Source of the DNA: an uncultured bacterium
GTDB lineage: Bacteria > Actinomycetota > Acidimicrobiia > Spongiisociales > UBA5794
DNA: 64,000 nt
Direction: 5' to 3'
Assembly (NCBI GenBank): GCA_963801165.1
Contig: CAWDDT010000007.1
Coordinates: 229,152-293,151 of the forward strand
The position numbers and the translations under genes were made by a program. This document shows positions 1 through 9,072 of the stretch, piece after piece. How positions within the stretch are numbered: position 1 is the first letter of the stretch; each line of letters begins with the position of its first letter. The notes beneath the pieces were generated by a model. That model was not told where the DNA came from. It saw nothing but the letters and a program-made list of their open reading frames with translations, and searched no databases.

Positions 1-283
1 GGTTCATGGCAACGAGCACGTCTGGCTCGTCGCCATGGGTCAGAATGTCCCAATCGGCGATGTGGACTTGGAACGACGACACACCGGCGATGGTTCCCTG
101 GGGCGCCCGGATCTCCGCCGGATAATCGGGGAAAGTCGCGAGATCGTTGCCGAACGCAGCGGAGGACTCGGTGAAGCGGGCCCCGGCGAGTTGCATTCCG
201 TCACCGGAATCGCCGGCGAAACGGATGACCACCCGGTCTCGCTTTTCGGGTGATATCGGTGGAGACAGAGTGTCTTCCTGCAT
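1..283 (-). CDS. korA: 2-oxoacid:ferredoxin oxidoreductase alpha subunit, 5' part (runs off window start)
   Basis: Not in ORF track. Manual translation from ATG at 283 gives [75 protein letters not shown]; [11 protein letters not shown] and PAEIRAP are KorA motifs. AGGAG lies upstream. Confidence 0.9.
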   Translation of the reverse strand, partial: MQEDTLSPPISPEKRDRVVIRFAGDSGDGMQLAGARFTESSAAFGNDLATFPDYPAEIRAPQGTIAGVSSFQVHIADWDILTHGDEPDVLVAMN

Positions 284-447
284 GGTGGAAGCTCCTATGG
301 TGGCTCTTTTCGGCCACGGCTTGCCTGGCTTGCTCGATCGTGCCGCAACACGGCACGGACCGATCACCAGTCTATGCACAAACAGGTCTGAGAGAAACGT
401 TATCGCGACGAGTCAACATTTTGCTGAAAGCACCACAAACCGGTGAT

Positions 448-1842
448 TCAGGCCGGGTCGGGCGGTTGCCGGTATCTGCTGATCGCGAGTCGCTCGAGCG
501 TGCTTCCCAGCTCCAACAGGCGATGCTCTCCCCACCGTGCGCCGATCAGCTGTATCGCGGGCGGCGGCGATCCCGGGCGATCGAGGGGGAGCACGAGAGC
601 CGGAAGGCCCGTTTGGTTGACGAGGGACGAGAACCTGGAGAGTGGGGGACGGTAGGGGACGAGCCTTCCGGCGACCTCGATGTCGTCGTCTCCGATGGGC
701 TTGATCGTGGCTGCCACCGCAGGGGTAAGCAGGAAGTCGCATCGGGTGAGAGCCTCTTCCATGGAATGGCGAATGCCGGCTCGCCAGGCTTGCGCAGCGA
801 CGTAGGTGCGGGCGTCGATGGCGAATGCCTCGGACATGCGTTGGGCAACCTCTGGCCCGTATGTCTCGGGTCGGGTTCGCCAGCGCTCGGAATGAACCAG
901 GGCGATCTCGGGGTAGGCGATTTGCTCGATCTCGACGGCAGGGACGAGTCCGGGGAGGTCGAGGTCGACGATCCTGAAGCCGGCCGCGCCCAGGTCTGAC
1001 CGCGCCGCGGCGAACGAGCTGGCAACGAACTCGGTCTTGGGGAGATCCACCCAGGGGTGTGGGACCCCGATGACCGCGGTCTCCGGAGCGAGCGGGTCAC
1101 CCGGGCTGATCACCGGCTGCGGGGCAGACCAGGGGTCGGAAGGGTCGTACCCGGCGATGACTGTGTAGAGCAAGGCGGCATCGTTGGTGTTGCGGGCGAT
1201 GGGGCCCACCGTGTCCAGACTCGGAGCCAGCGGGAACACCCCGGTGAGGGGGACGCGCCCGTGGGTCACCTTCAGGCCGACGACACCGCACAAGGCGGCC
1301 GGTACCCGCACCGAGCCTCCGGTGTCCGTTCCGAGGGCGGCCGCGGTCATCCCGGCGCTCACCGCAGCGGCCGAGCCACCTGAGGAACCGCCGGGGGAGA
1401 GGCTTGGGTTCCAAGGGTTCCTGACTGGTCCGAACCAATGGTTCTCGCTCGAGAACCCGAAGGCATACTCGTGCAGCCCGGTCCGGCCGATGATGATCGC
1501 CCCGGCGTTTTCGAGCCGGGTGATGACAGGTGCACTCTCAACCGGGAGCGTTGTCGGGTAGCTGCTACCTGCCGTGTTGGGTCGGTGAGCCTGGTCGATG
1601 AGGTCCTTGATCGCGATCGGCACCCCGGCGAGGGCGCCGGCGTCCTCACCGGCGGCGATACGACGATCGATAGCGGCGGCCGCAGCCCGGGCTCCTTCGT
1701 GGTCGATCAGCGTGAACGCGTTGATCCGCGGCTGGCTCGCCTCGGCACGCTCGAGATAGTCGCCCACGACATCCCCGGCGCGTACCGTCCCCGCGGTGAC
1801 CGCCGCGGCGATGGCCGCTACCCCGCCGGGGAGTCCCGTCAT
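448..1842 (-). CDS. amidase signature family protein
   Basis: GGSSGGSAAAV, GTDTGGSVRVPA and KD motifs. Start set at ATG 1842, which overlaps the upstream gene's stop (ATGA). Confidence 0.9.
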   Translation of the reverse strand: MTGLPGGVAAIAAAVTAGTVRAGDVVGDYLERAEASQPRINAFTLIDHEGARAAAAAIDRRIAAGEDAGALAGVPIAIKDLIDQAHRPNTAGSSYPTTLPVESAPVITRLENAGAIIIGRTGLHEYAFGFSSENHWFGPVRNPWNPSLSPGGSSGGSAAAVSAGMTAAALGTDTGGSVRVPAALCGVVGLKVTHGRVPLTGVFPLAPSLDTVGPIARNTNDAALLYTVIAGYDPSDPWSAPQPVISPGDPLAPETAVIGVPHPWVDLPKTEFVASSFAAARSDLGAAGFRIVDLDLPGLVPAVEIEQIAYPEIALVHSERWRTRPETYGPEVAQRMSEAFAIDARTYVAAQAWRAGIRHSMEEALTRCDFLLTPAVAATIKPIGDDDIEVAGRLVPYRPPLSRFSSLVNQTGLPALVLPLDRPGSPPPAIQLIGARWGEHRLLELGSTLERLAISRYRQPPDPA

Positions 1843-2939
1843 TCCCAGGTGAGCGACTGGCCGGCAGGGAAGACATTTACCCACAGCCGGCCGGCCGGGA
1901 TCACGATCGGAGTGCCGTCCTCCAGGCTCAGCTCGAATCGCTCGTCGATGGTGTCCCGCTGCCACTTCCCGGTGACGACCTTGCCGGCGTAGAACACGTA
2001 GGCGTCGCCCTCGCCGACGGTGTTGGCCGCCGGGACTGCGGAGCCGGCGCCGCTGGAGGAACTCACATAGTGCTCGGGAGCCACGATCACCACCAGGGTG
2101 TCAGTCGAGATCTGTGTGTCGACCGGATCCTGGCCATCGACCGGAGCGCTCCTCCAGTTGTGGGGCGTGTCTCCGTTGAACCTGATGTACTCGGTGCCGG
2201 TCCATTTCCAATGAACTATCGGGTTATTCGACCAGTCGAGGTTGATCTGGTTCGCCCCGGTCTCGCCCGGTGTTGGTACGCCGAAGTCGAAGATCGGCTG
2301 TGCCGGCGGATCGTCGGGATAGCCACGCCGGTCGGCCTCGTCCCTCATCAGCAGGGTGGAACCGTACAGGTTGTGGGGGGCGCTCCGTGTATGGATCCGG
2401 AAAGTGGTGTTCCCGTTGTCGCCGAGCAGGTTGACGCCGTCGTTGAGGATGATGTTGACCACCCACGGCTGCGCACCGGAGATCTGAAGGGGGGCGCCGA
2501 GGAACTTGACCAGTGTCGGGTCGGTGGGCCGTCCCGAGCGCACCGGGCCCAGGTATTCGGTATCGCTCTCCTGAAACATGGCGATGAACCTAGTGAGCCC
2601 GCCTTCGACGAGTAGCTCGTAGACGGCGTCGGCCTGCTCGATACCGGACTGAGGCCGGGCGTCTGGATGGTTGTCGATCTTGATCGCGACAACGCGCCGG
2701 TCGAGCAGCGACGGGTCGGCAACGCCCATCCCATTGAGCAACGAGGGTGTCAGCAGCTCAGTGGTTGTCGTCGCAACCGTGGTCGTCGTTGTGGCTGTTG
2801 TCGATATCCCACCGTCGGTTGTGGAAACCGGGGCGAGTGTTGTCAGCGCTTCTGTTGTTGTGGTCGCATCGTCGCCACCGCACGATGCAGCTACAACTGC
2901 AAGGACGGTCATGAGGACGAGGATTTTTAGGGTTTTCAC
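1839..2939 (-). CDS. DUF3048 (YerB-like) lipoprotein
   Basis: Lipobox VAASC, Thr-rich linker, KIDNHPDARPQSG, VEGGLTRF, GPVRSGR and APHNLY motifs. GTG start at 2939. Confidence 0.85.
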   Translation of the reverse strand: MKTLKILVLMTVLAVVAASCGGDDATTTTEALTTLAPVSTTDGGISTTATTTTTVATTTTELLTPSLLNGMGVADPSLLDRRVVAIKIDNHPDARPQSGIEQADAVYELLVEGGLTRFIAMFQESDTEYLGPVRSGRPTDPTLVKFLGAPLQISGAQPWVVNIILNDGVNLLGDNGNTTFRIHTRSAPHNLYGSTLLMRDEADRRGYPDDPPAQPIFDFGVPTPGETGANQINLDWSNNPIVHWKWTGTEYIRFNGDTPHNWRSAPVDGQDPVDTQISTDTLVVIVAPEHYVSSSSGAGSAVPAANTVGEGDAYVFYAGKVVTGKWQRDTIDERFELSLEDGTPIVIPAGRLWVNVFPAGQSLTWE

Positions 2940-3003
2940 GATCCGGGGAGTGTATACCCGACCCGGGAACAAAGAACATTGCCGCGGCTGGTACCGTCCC
3001 GGT

Positions 3004-3693
3004 ATGAAGGACGTTGCCGCGTTTGCCACCACCGAGCTGGCGAAACGGGCCGATCCGGAGAAGGCGGTCGGGATGGCCGCCTACATGAAGACCGACATGC
3101 CTTTTTACGGGGTGCAGAAGAAGGCGCGGACCGAAGTACTGCGTGCTCTGAAGAAGAGGTTCCCAATCGCCGACAACGACACTTACCGGTCGATGGTCGA
3201 GACGCTATGGCGTCGACCGCACCGGGAGGAGAAGTACCTGGCGATCGCGCTGGCCAAGGGTGACCCGAGGTTTGTCACGGTCGCCAACATCGATCTGTAC
3301 GAGAGGCTGATCGTCGAGGGTGCCTGGTGGGACTTCGTCGACGATGTCGCGGTCAACTGTGTCGGTCTGGTGCACCGCACCGAGCGCACCACAATGGAGC
3401 CGGTCATCGAAGAGTGGGTCGACCATGAGTTCATGTGGCTGCGGCGCACCGCTCTCATCTCGCCGCTCAAGCACAAGGCCGAGACCGACTACGAGACCCT
3501 CTTCGACCACTGTCGGCGCCGGGCTCACGAGAAGGAATTCTTCATCAGGAAAGCCATCGGTTGGATCTTGCGCGAGTACGCCAAGACGGAACCGCAGCGG
3601 GTCCGTGAGTTCCTGATGGAACACCGCGCCGTCTGGTCGGGGTTGACCTTTCGCGAGGCATCCAAGCATCTCGACCTGGCAGGCATATCATGA
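3004..3693 (+). CDS. DNA alkylation repair protein (AlkD-like HEAT repeat)
   Basis: WWDFVD, WLRRTA and EFFIRKAIGWILREYAK motifs. Start ATG 3004. Confidence 0.88.
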   Translation: MKDVAAFATTELAKRADPEKAVGMAAYMKTDMPFYGVQKKARTEVLRALKKRFPIADNDTYRSMVETLWRRPHREEKYLAIALAKGDPRFVTVANIDLYERLIVEGAWWDFVDDVAVNCVGLVHRTERTTMEPVIEEWVDHEFMWLRRTALISPLKHKAETDYETLFDHCRRRAHEKEFFIRKAIGWILREYAKTEPQRVREFLMEHRAVWSGLTFREASKHLDLAGIS

Positions 3694-4304
3694 CACCGAT
3701 GGATCAACGTGAAATGTGGAACGATCGATACCGGCAGCGTGGCTCGGTCTGGGGCGCGGCACCGAACCAGTTTGTTGCCGCCTATTTGGCGGATCTCGAG
3801 CCTTGCCGGATTCTCGACGTGGGTGCGGGTCAGGGGAGAAACGCCATCTGGCTGGCAGGACGGGGGCATCGCGTGACCGCGGTCGACATCTCCGATGTCG
3901 CCGTCGCGCAGGGGCGCGAGCTGGCGCGGGACGCCGGTGTCGACGTGGAGTTCATCGCTGCCGACCTGGCGCACTGGGACCCCGAACCAGCGGCGTTCGA
4001 CCTGGTACTCCTCGCCTACATACAGGCGCCCGAGGAAGCCCGCCGGGTGATTCATGAGAAGGCGACGAAGGCACTCGTGCCGGGTGGTCGCGTGTTCATC
4101 ATCGCCCATCACCTCGACAACCTGGAGCACGGCGTCGGCGGGCCGCAGTCCCCGGAGCGGCTCTACGACGAGGATAAGGTCGCGGGCGACTTCGCGGGTT
4201 TCGAGGTCGAGGACAACAAGACAGTGACGCGGCCCGTAGACAAGGACGGCGTCACCGGCGACGCCATTGATCTTCTGTTCCGCGCCGTCAAGCCCAGCCC
4301 ATGA
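3690..4304 (+). CDS. class I SAM-dependent methyltransferase
   Basis: WNDRY...PN, LDVGAGQGRNA and VTAVDIS motifs. ATGA-coupled to the upstream gene. Confidence 0.88.
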   Translation: MTPMDQREMWNDRYRQRGSVWGAAPNQFVAAYLADLEPCRILDVGAGQGRNAIWLAGRGHRVTAVDISDVAVAQGRELARDAGVDVEFIAADLAHWDPEPAAFDLVLLAYIQAPEEARRVIHEKATKALVPGGRVFIIAHHLDNLEHGVGGPQSPERLYDEDKVAGDFAGFEVEDNKTVTRPVDKDGVTGDAIDLLFRAVKPSP

Positions 4305-4785
4305 TGCGGCCTGCGGTTCGCAGGGGCCAGTAGCGGGCGACCACTCGCCATCGGATCGAATCGAGGGGAATCGGTCCCAATATCCGACTGTCGCCGGCAG
4401 ATACCGCACGGTTGTCGCCGAGCACGAATACCTCGTCCGGCCCGAGGTGCCAATCGCCGTCGGGGAGCGTTGGACCGTCGGCCCAGCGCTCCGCCAGAAC
4501 GGCACCATTCACGTGCACCTGTCCGTTGTGGACAACAACCGACTCGCCCGGCATACCGACGACACGTTTCACCAGGTCGAAGTCCCGGGTCCCGGGTGGA
4601 GCGAAGACGACCACGGTGCCCCGAGTGAGATCCCGTACGGGGCGGGCGATCACGAAATCGCCCGGCTCGAGCACCGGTTCCATGGATCGCTCCACGATCT
4701 CGTAGCGGCGCACCCTCCCGCGCAGAGTGAGGTAGCCGACCGCGGCCGCAACCAGGCCGATCCCGAAGGCTCTTCGGTTTCTCAT
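4288..4785 (-). CDS. sodX: S26 family peptidase, probable Ni-SOD maturation protease (SodX-like)
   Basis: SMEP catalytic Ser, LVKRV Lys and GDN..S.DSR motif, with an N-terminal hydrophobic segment. Divergent from sodN. Start chosen at ATG 4785 after GAGGGAG. Confidence 0.7.
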   Translation of the reverse strand: MRNRRAFGIGLVAAAVGYLTLRGRVRRYEIVERSMEPVLEPGDFVIARPVRDLTRGTVVVFAPPGTRDFDLVKRVVGMPGESVVVHNGQVHVNGAVLAERWADGPTLPDGDWHLGPDEVFVLGDNRAVSAGDSRILGPIPLDSIRWRVVARYWPLRTAGRIMGWA

Positions 4786-4874
4786 TGGCTCCCTCATCTG
4801 GCGTGCGTTCTCTTGCGGTTCGATTCCAGTGTATGGTCGCGGTAAGGAATGACAAGCACCTGAGGAGGTGACCT

Positions 4875-5291
4875 GTGGGACTTTTCCGACCCGGTCGGGT
4901 GGCTCACGCACACTGCGATCTCTTCTGTGGGGTCTATGACCCGGCGCAGGCGATGATCGAAGCCAAGTCGGTACTCAATTGTTGCACCAAATACCACGCT
5001 TCGGATGACGAGGTGTTCCGCACCCGGTGCATCATCGTCAAGGAAGAGCGGGCCGAGCTGGCCAAGCATCACCTCGACGTGCTGTGGACCGACTTCTTCA
5101 AGCCGCCGCACCTCGAGCAGTTTCCCAACCTCCACGACCTCTTCTGGCGGGCCACCAAGGCAGCAGGCGACGCCAAGAAGTCGATGGATCCGGCGGTTGC
5201 CCAGGGGCTGATCGACCTGATCCAGGAGATCTCGGACATCTTCTGGCAAACCGAAGCCTCGAAGACAGCGGGCGTTTACCCGCCGAAGTAA
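4875..5291 (+). CDS. sodN: nickel superoxide dismutase precursor
   Basis: 12-aa leader, then HCDLFCGVYDPAQA Ni-hook and LWTDFFKP. GAGGAGG RBS precedes the GTG. Confidence 0.93.
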   Translation: MGLFRPGRVAHAHCDLFCGVYDPAQAMIEAKSVLNCCTKYHASDDEVFRTRCIIVKEERAELAKHHLDVLWTDFFKPPHLEQFPNLHDLFWRATKAAGDAKKSMDPAVAQGLIDLIQEISDIFWQTEASKTAGVYPPK

Positions 5292-5316
5292 CGGATACCT
5301 ACCCTCGACAAACAAA

Positions 5317-5343
5317 ACTGGCTCCCGCGTAGCGGGAGCCAGT
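5317..5343. terminator. hairpin between convergent sodN and sugar ABC operon
   Basis: ACTGGCTCCCGC-GTA-GCGGGAGCCAGT perfect 12-bp stem, flanked by an A-rich run on the left and GTTGTT on the right. Confidence 0.7.
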
Positions 5344-5393
5344 CGTTGTTCCACGGCCTTGCGCAGGAGGCTGGCTATGCCACTTCCAAACGC

Positions 5394-6200
5394 TCAGTCG
5401 CGTTGGCGCTCAAACTCGGCCGCGGCCGCCTCGCTGTGGCCCTTGCCCATGATGATCATCGCCAGAACCTGATCCTTGGTGACGTCGGCCTTGTTGACGA
5501 TGCCGACAAGCTGGCCGGTGGCCATCACGCTGATCCGATCCGCCAGGTCGAACACGTCGTGGATGTCATGGCTGATGAGGAAGATCCCGATACCCTCCTC
5601 CTTGAGCTGCTTGACCAGTTCACCAACCTGAGCCGTTTCCGCCGGTCCCAGCGCCGCGGTCGGTTCGTCCATGATGAGGATCCGGGCGTTGAAGTGCACG
5701 GCCTTGGCGATAGCCACCGACTGCCGCTGCCCACCGGATAGCGACTGCACAGGCACCTTGAAGTTGGTGAACTTGGGGTTGAGGCGTCCCATCACCCTTC
5801 GGGTGGCGTCCTCCATGGCGGAGTAGTCGAGCGTTTTCCAGCGTGTGATCAGCTCGCGGCCCAGGAACATGTTGCCGGGTGCATCGATGTTCTCGGCGAG
5901 AGCCAGGGTCTGATAGATCGTCTCGATGCCGAGTGCCTTGGCGTCGCGCGGGCTGGTGATGTGTACCTCGCTCCCGTTGATGAAGATCTCACCCGAGTCG
6001 GCCCGGTGGGCCCCGGAGAGAGTCTTGATCAGCGTGGTTTTTCCCGCCCCGTTGCCACCAACCAGCGCGACCACCTCGCCGGGATAGAGGTCGACAGTCA
6101 CGTTGTCGACGGCGTGGACGCCACCGAAAGCGACCCGAATGTTGCGCAACTCGACGAGAGGCGTTGTCGTGTTTGCGGGGGCCGTTGCCGGTGCGCTCAT
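5394..6200 (-). CDS. monosaccharide (xylose-type) ABC transporter ATP-binding protein
   Basis: GGNGAGKTT Walker A, LSGGQRQ and IMDEPT; single NBD. Confidence 0.9.
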   Translation of the reverse strand: MSAPATAPANTTTPLVELRNIRVAFGGVHAVDNVTVDLYPGEVVALVGGNGAGKTTLIKTLSGAHRADSGEIFINGSEVHITSPRDAKALGIETIYQTLALAENIDAPGNMFLGRELITRWKTLDYSAMEDATRRVMGRLNPKFTNFKVPVQSLSGGQRQSVAIAKAVHFNARILIMDEPTAALGPAETAQVGELVKQLKEEGIGIFLISHDIHDVFDLADRISVMATGQLVGIVNKADVTKDQVLAMIIMGKGHSEAAAAEFERQRD

Positions 6201-7525
6201 GTCGTCACCCTCTTTCTGTACATCGTATCCAGCCCGACGGCGATGACGAGCACGACACCTACGACGATGTTCTGGATTGCGGTATCGATCCGCATCAGCA
6301 CCATGCCGGATTGGAGCGACTGCATGACGAGTGCTCCCAGCACGGCGCCCTGGACGGTTCCGATACCGCCGGTGAATGAGGTGCCGCCGATAACGGCGGC
6401 CGCGATCACATACAACTCTGCGAGCGTTCCCAGGCCGCTGGTAGCCGCGTTGAGCCGGGCGATCTGTACCGCGGCGGCAATAGCCACCAGGATGCCCATC
6501 GTCATGAAGACCTTTACGGTCATCCAGCGGACGTTGATACCACCGAGCTCGGCCGCCTCGGGGTTGCCGCCGATGGCGAAGACGTACCGTCCGAATCTGG
6601 TCCGGGTGGCGAGGAAGATCATCGCGAGCGCCACCGCGAGGGTGATCAGCACCGGGTAGGCAAGGCCATAGGCAACGTCGGTGCGACCGTTGGCCAGCGT
6701 AGGCGGTTTGTTGTAGCTATTGAGGACGTAGACGGCGACGAGGATCGTGCCGCAGCCGACTACACCGAGGAACACCTCGGCCCAGATGGCACGCAGCGGG
6801 AAACCGAAGCGGCGCCTTTGCCGTCTCTGGTTGAGCAGCATCGCAACCACCCCGACGCAAGCGACGACCGCAACTACCCAGCTCAAGCCCGGGCCGAGCG
6901 AGCCACGAGATCCGCCTCCGAGGAGCTGAAAGGTGCTGTCCATAGGGGCGATTGTCTTCCCGCTGGCCATCGACAAGGCGACGCCACGCCACACCAGCAA
7001 ACCGCCGAGCGTGACAATGAAAGACGGCACCCCGGCGTACGCGATGATCGCTCCCTGGAAACCGCCGATGATGGCGCCCAGGATGATGCCGACGGCGAGC
7101 ACGATTATCCAGGTCGCCCAGTGATCGAAGCCCAGATGCTTGGGAAGGAACTCGGCCTGGAGGATGGCCATGGCCATTCCTATCATGCCGAGCATCGAGC
7201 CCACGGAGAGGTCGATGTGACGCGCGACGATGACCAACACCATCGCAGTGGCCATGATTGCGACCACTGACGTCTGGACCGAGAGGTTCCACAGGTTGCG
7301 TGCCGTGAGGAACGTCCCGTCGGAGAAAATGTTGAAGATGACCCAGATCACTACGAGGGCTCCGACCATGCCCAATAGGCGGGTGTCGATCTCGGTGGCC
7401 CGTAACAGCCTCGCCAACAGTTGGTACACGTCGCGCAGTAGCCGGACAATGAGGTTGCTATCGCCTGGCGGGGACTGTGCCGTCTCTTTGTCCGGCGGAG
7501 CCTTGGCCACCTGTGTATCACTCAC
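6197..7525 (-). CDS. xylH: xylose-type ABC transporter permease
   Basis: [33 protein letters not shown] and [10 protein letters not shown]; multiple TM helices. Confidence 0.85.
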   Translation of the reverse strand: MSDTQVAKAPPDKETAQSPPGDSNLIVRLLRDVYQLLARLLRATEIDTRLLGMVGALVVIWVIFNIFSDGTFLTARNLWNLSVQTSVVAIMATAMVLVIVARHIDLSVGSMLGMIGMAMAILQAEFLPKHLGFDHWATWIIVLAVGIILGAIIGGFQGAIIAYAGVPSFIVTLGGLLVWRGVALSMASGKTIAPMDSTFQLLGGGSRGSLGPGLSWVVAVVACVGVVAMLLNQRRQRRRFGFPLRAIWAEVFLGVVGCGTILVAVYVLNSYNKPPTLANGRTDVAYGLAYPVLITLAVALAMIFLATRTRFGRYVFAIGGNPEAAELGGINVRWMTVKVFMTMGILVAIAAAVQIARLNAATSGLGTLAELYVIAAAVIGGTSFTGGIGTVQGAVLGALVMQSLQSGMVLMRIDTAIQNIVVGVVLVIAVGLDTMYRKRVTT

Positions 7526-7564
7526 CGAGATCCTCCTCTTGTCTCTTTGATGATATAGACGCGC

Positions 7565-7595
7565 GCCGCGCCCTCGTGGAAAACGAGGGCGCGGC
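7565..7595 (-). terminator. intercistronic stem-loop after the substrate-binding gene
   Basis: GCCGCGCCCTCGT-GGAAA-ACGAGGGCGCGGC perfect 13-bp stem. Confidence 0.6.
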
Positions 7596-7628
7596 AGTCG
7601 CGGTTCATTCGGTGTCTATCGGCTCAGT

Positions 7629-8768
7629 TCAACCGCAAACGGTCACGGTCCCGGCTGGGACGTTCTGGCAGACAGCGTCCTTGGTGATCCACCCCGCGTC
7701 GATGACGACGTTCAGGTTGTCCTGCGTGATCGGGATCGGGGTGAGGATGATCGACCAGACGTCGACCCCACCCGGCGTGGTGAAGTTCATAGCGTCGAGG
7801 CTGGCTGGCGCTGAATCGCCCATGTCGGCCGGAGCCTTGACGTCCTGGAGCGCCGTGCCCTGGGCGAGCTGTACGGCGATGCTGCCGGCAGCCTTTCCGA
7901 GCTCGTATGCGTTCTTCCACACCGACACCGCCTGGGTGCCGAGGGCAACCCGGTTCAACGCCGCGGCGTCACCGTCCTGCCCGGAGACCGGCACGGAGCC
8001 GGCGAGCCCCTGCGCTTCGAGCGCTGCGACCACGCCGCTGGCCATGCCGTCGTTCTCGGAGAGAACTGCATCGATCTTGTTGTTCTCCTGGGTCAGGAAC
8101 TGCTCCATCTCGGTCTGCGCCTTGCCCGGATCCCAGTTGTCTGTGTAGGTCTCACAGCAGATGGTGATGTCGCCCGCCGTAACGGCGTCACCGATGACGT
8201 CGTCGTAGCCGGAGCGCAGGAAGTCGGCATTGGCGTCGGCCTGGTTGCCCTTGATCACGGCGTAAACACCGGATGGCACGAGCGAGAAGATCGCTCTGGC
8301 CTCGGCCCGGCCCACCTCGACGTTGTCGAACGTGAGATAGAACGCCCCGGAGTCCTCGATCAGACGGTCATATGCCACGACCGGTACACCCTGGTCGAGA
8401 GCGCTCTGCACGGCCGGCTTGATGGCCGTACCGTCCTGGGCGAGGATGATGATCGCATTCGCACCCTGGGTGATGAGCTGCTCTACGTCGGTGATCTGCT
8501 TGTCTGCCGACGACGCGGCATCGGTCGAGATGTAGGTACCTCCGGCAGCCTCAATGGCCGCCTTCATGGCAGGCTCGTCGGCCTTGGCCCAACGCTCCTC
8601 GTTGTAGTTGTTCCAGGAGACGCCAACGGTAAGAGCGGCGCCTGGTGCGGCCGTAGTGGTCTCGGCTGCTCCTGAAGTTGTAGTAGTGGTGCTGCTGTCG
8701 TCACCGCCGCACGCTGCTGCGAGCAGCGCGAGCACGGCAAAAAAAGCGGCTAGCTTTCGTATGGACAC
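7629..8768 (-). CDS. xylF: D-xylose-type ABC transporter substrate-binding lipoprotein
   Basis: Lipobox LAAAC; EERW, AYDRLI, FDNVEVG, NDGMA and SGQDG motifs typical of the XylF/ChvE family. GAGGAGG RBS. Confidence 0.82.
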   Translation of the reverse strand: MSIRKLAAFFAVLALLAAACGGDDSSTTTTTSGAAETTTAAPGAALTVGVSWNNYNEERWAKADEPAMKAAIEAAGGTYISTDAASSADKQITDVEQLITQGANAIIILAQDGTAIKPAVQSALDQGVPVVAYDRLIEDSGAFYLTFDNVEVGRAEARAIFSLVPSGVYAVIKGNQADANADFLRSGYDDVIGDAVTAGDITICCETYTDNWDPGKAQTEMEQFLTQENNKIDAVLSENDGMASGVVAALEAQGLAGSVPVSGQDGDAAALNRVALGTQAVSVWKNAYELGKAAGSIAVQLAQGTALQDVKAPADMGDSAPASLDAMNFTTPGGVDVWSIILTPIPITQDNLNVVIDAGWITKDAVCQNVPAGTVTVCG

Positions 8769-8868
8769 TAGTTCCTCCTCATGAAGTGTGGCCCGGGATC
8801 CGGGCCTTTCACCCCGTCAGCTAATTGCTTAGCCCATATAGTCACGGGCGGTAGCCCGTACCTGTCAG

Positions 8869-8903
8869 AGCATACGATACAATTGTTTGACATTGCAACA
8901 AAA
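8869..8903 (-). promoter_or_regulatory. sigma70-type promoter of the sugar ABC operon overlapped by a probable ROK operator
   Basis: Minus strand TTGCAA (8898-8893), 18 nt spacer, TATGCT (8874-8869). Palindrome TTGTT-N9-AACAA at 8883-8901 overlaps the -35. Confidence 0.55.
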
Positions 8904-9072
8904 CCAGACGACCCGAACCGCGAATTGCGTGACTATCGCCAGACGCCGGGATTGCTTTGGCTTTGGGCATAAAGGTCACTGACAATGGCCCGTTCTCGTG
9001 ATGGCTCGCCAGCCGCTGCTAACGTCGATGACCTCTTTATAGCGGGAAATCCAACAAAAGTGAGGTGGAGCG

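Noticed and set aside
421-438. Rex-like operator upstream of korA (TTGCTGAAAGCACCACAA)
   Set aside because: Too many mismatches to TTGTGAA-N4-TTCACAA to call without comparative data.
448-1842. Second gatA copy
   Set aside because: It has the amidase signature but lacks GatA-specific motifs (SSTENS, RFDGVRYG) and has no gatB or gatC neighbours.
8997-9036. Fluoride riboswitch-like GATGG..CGCC...GATGAC
   Set aside because: The pseudoknot pairings do not form, and the downstream gene is a sugar ROK regulator.
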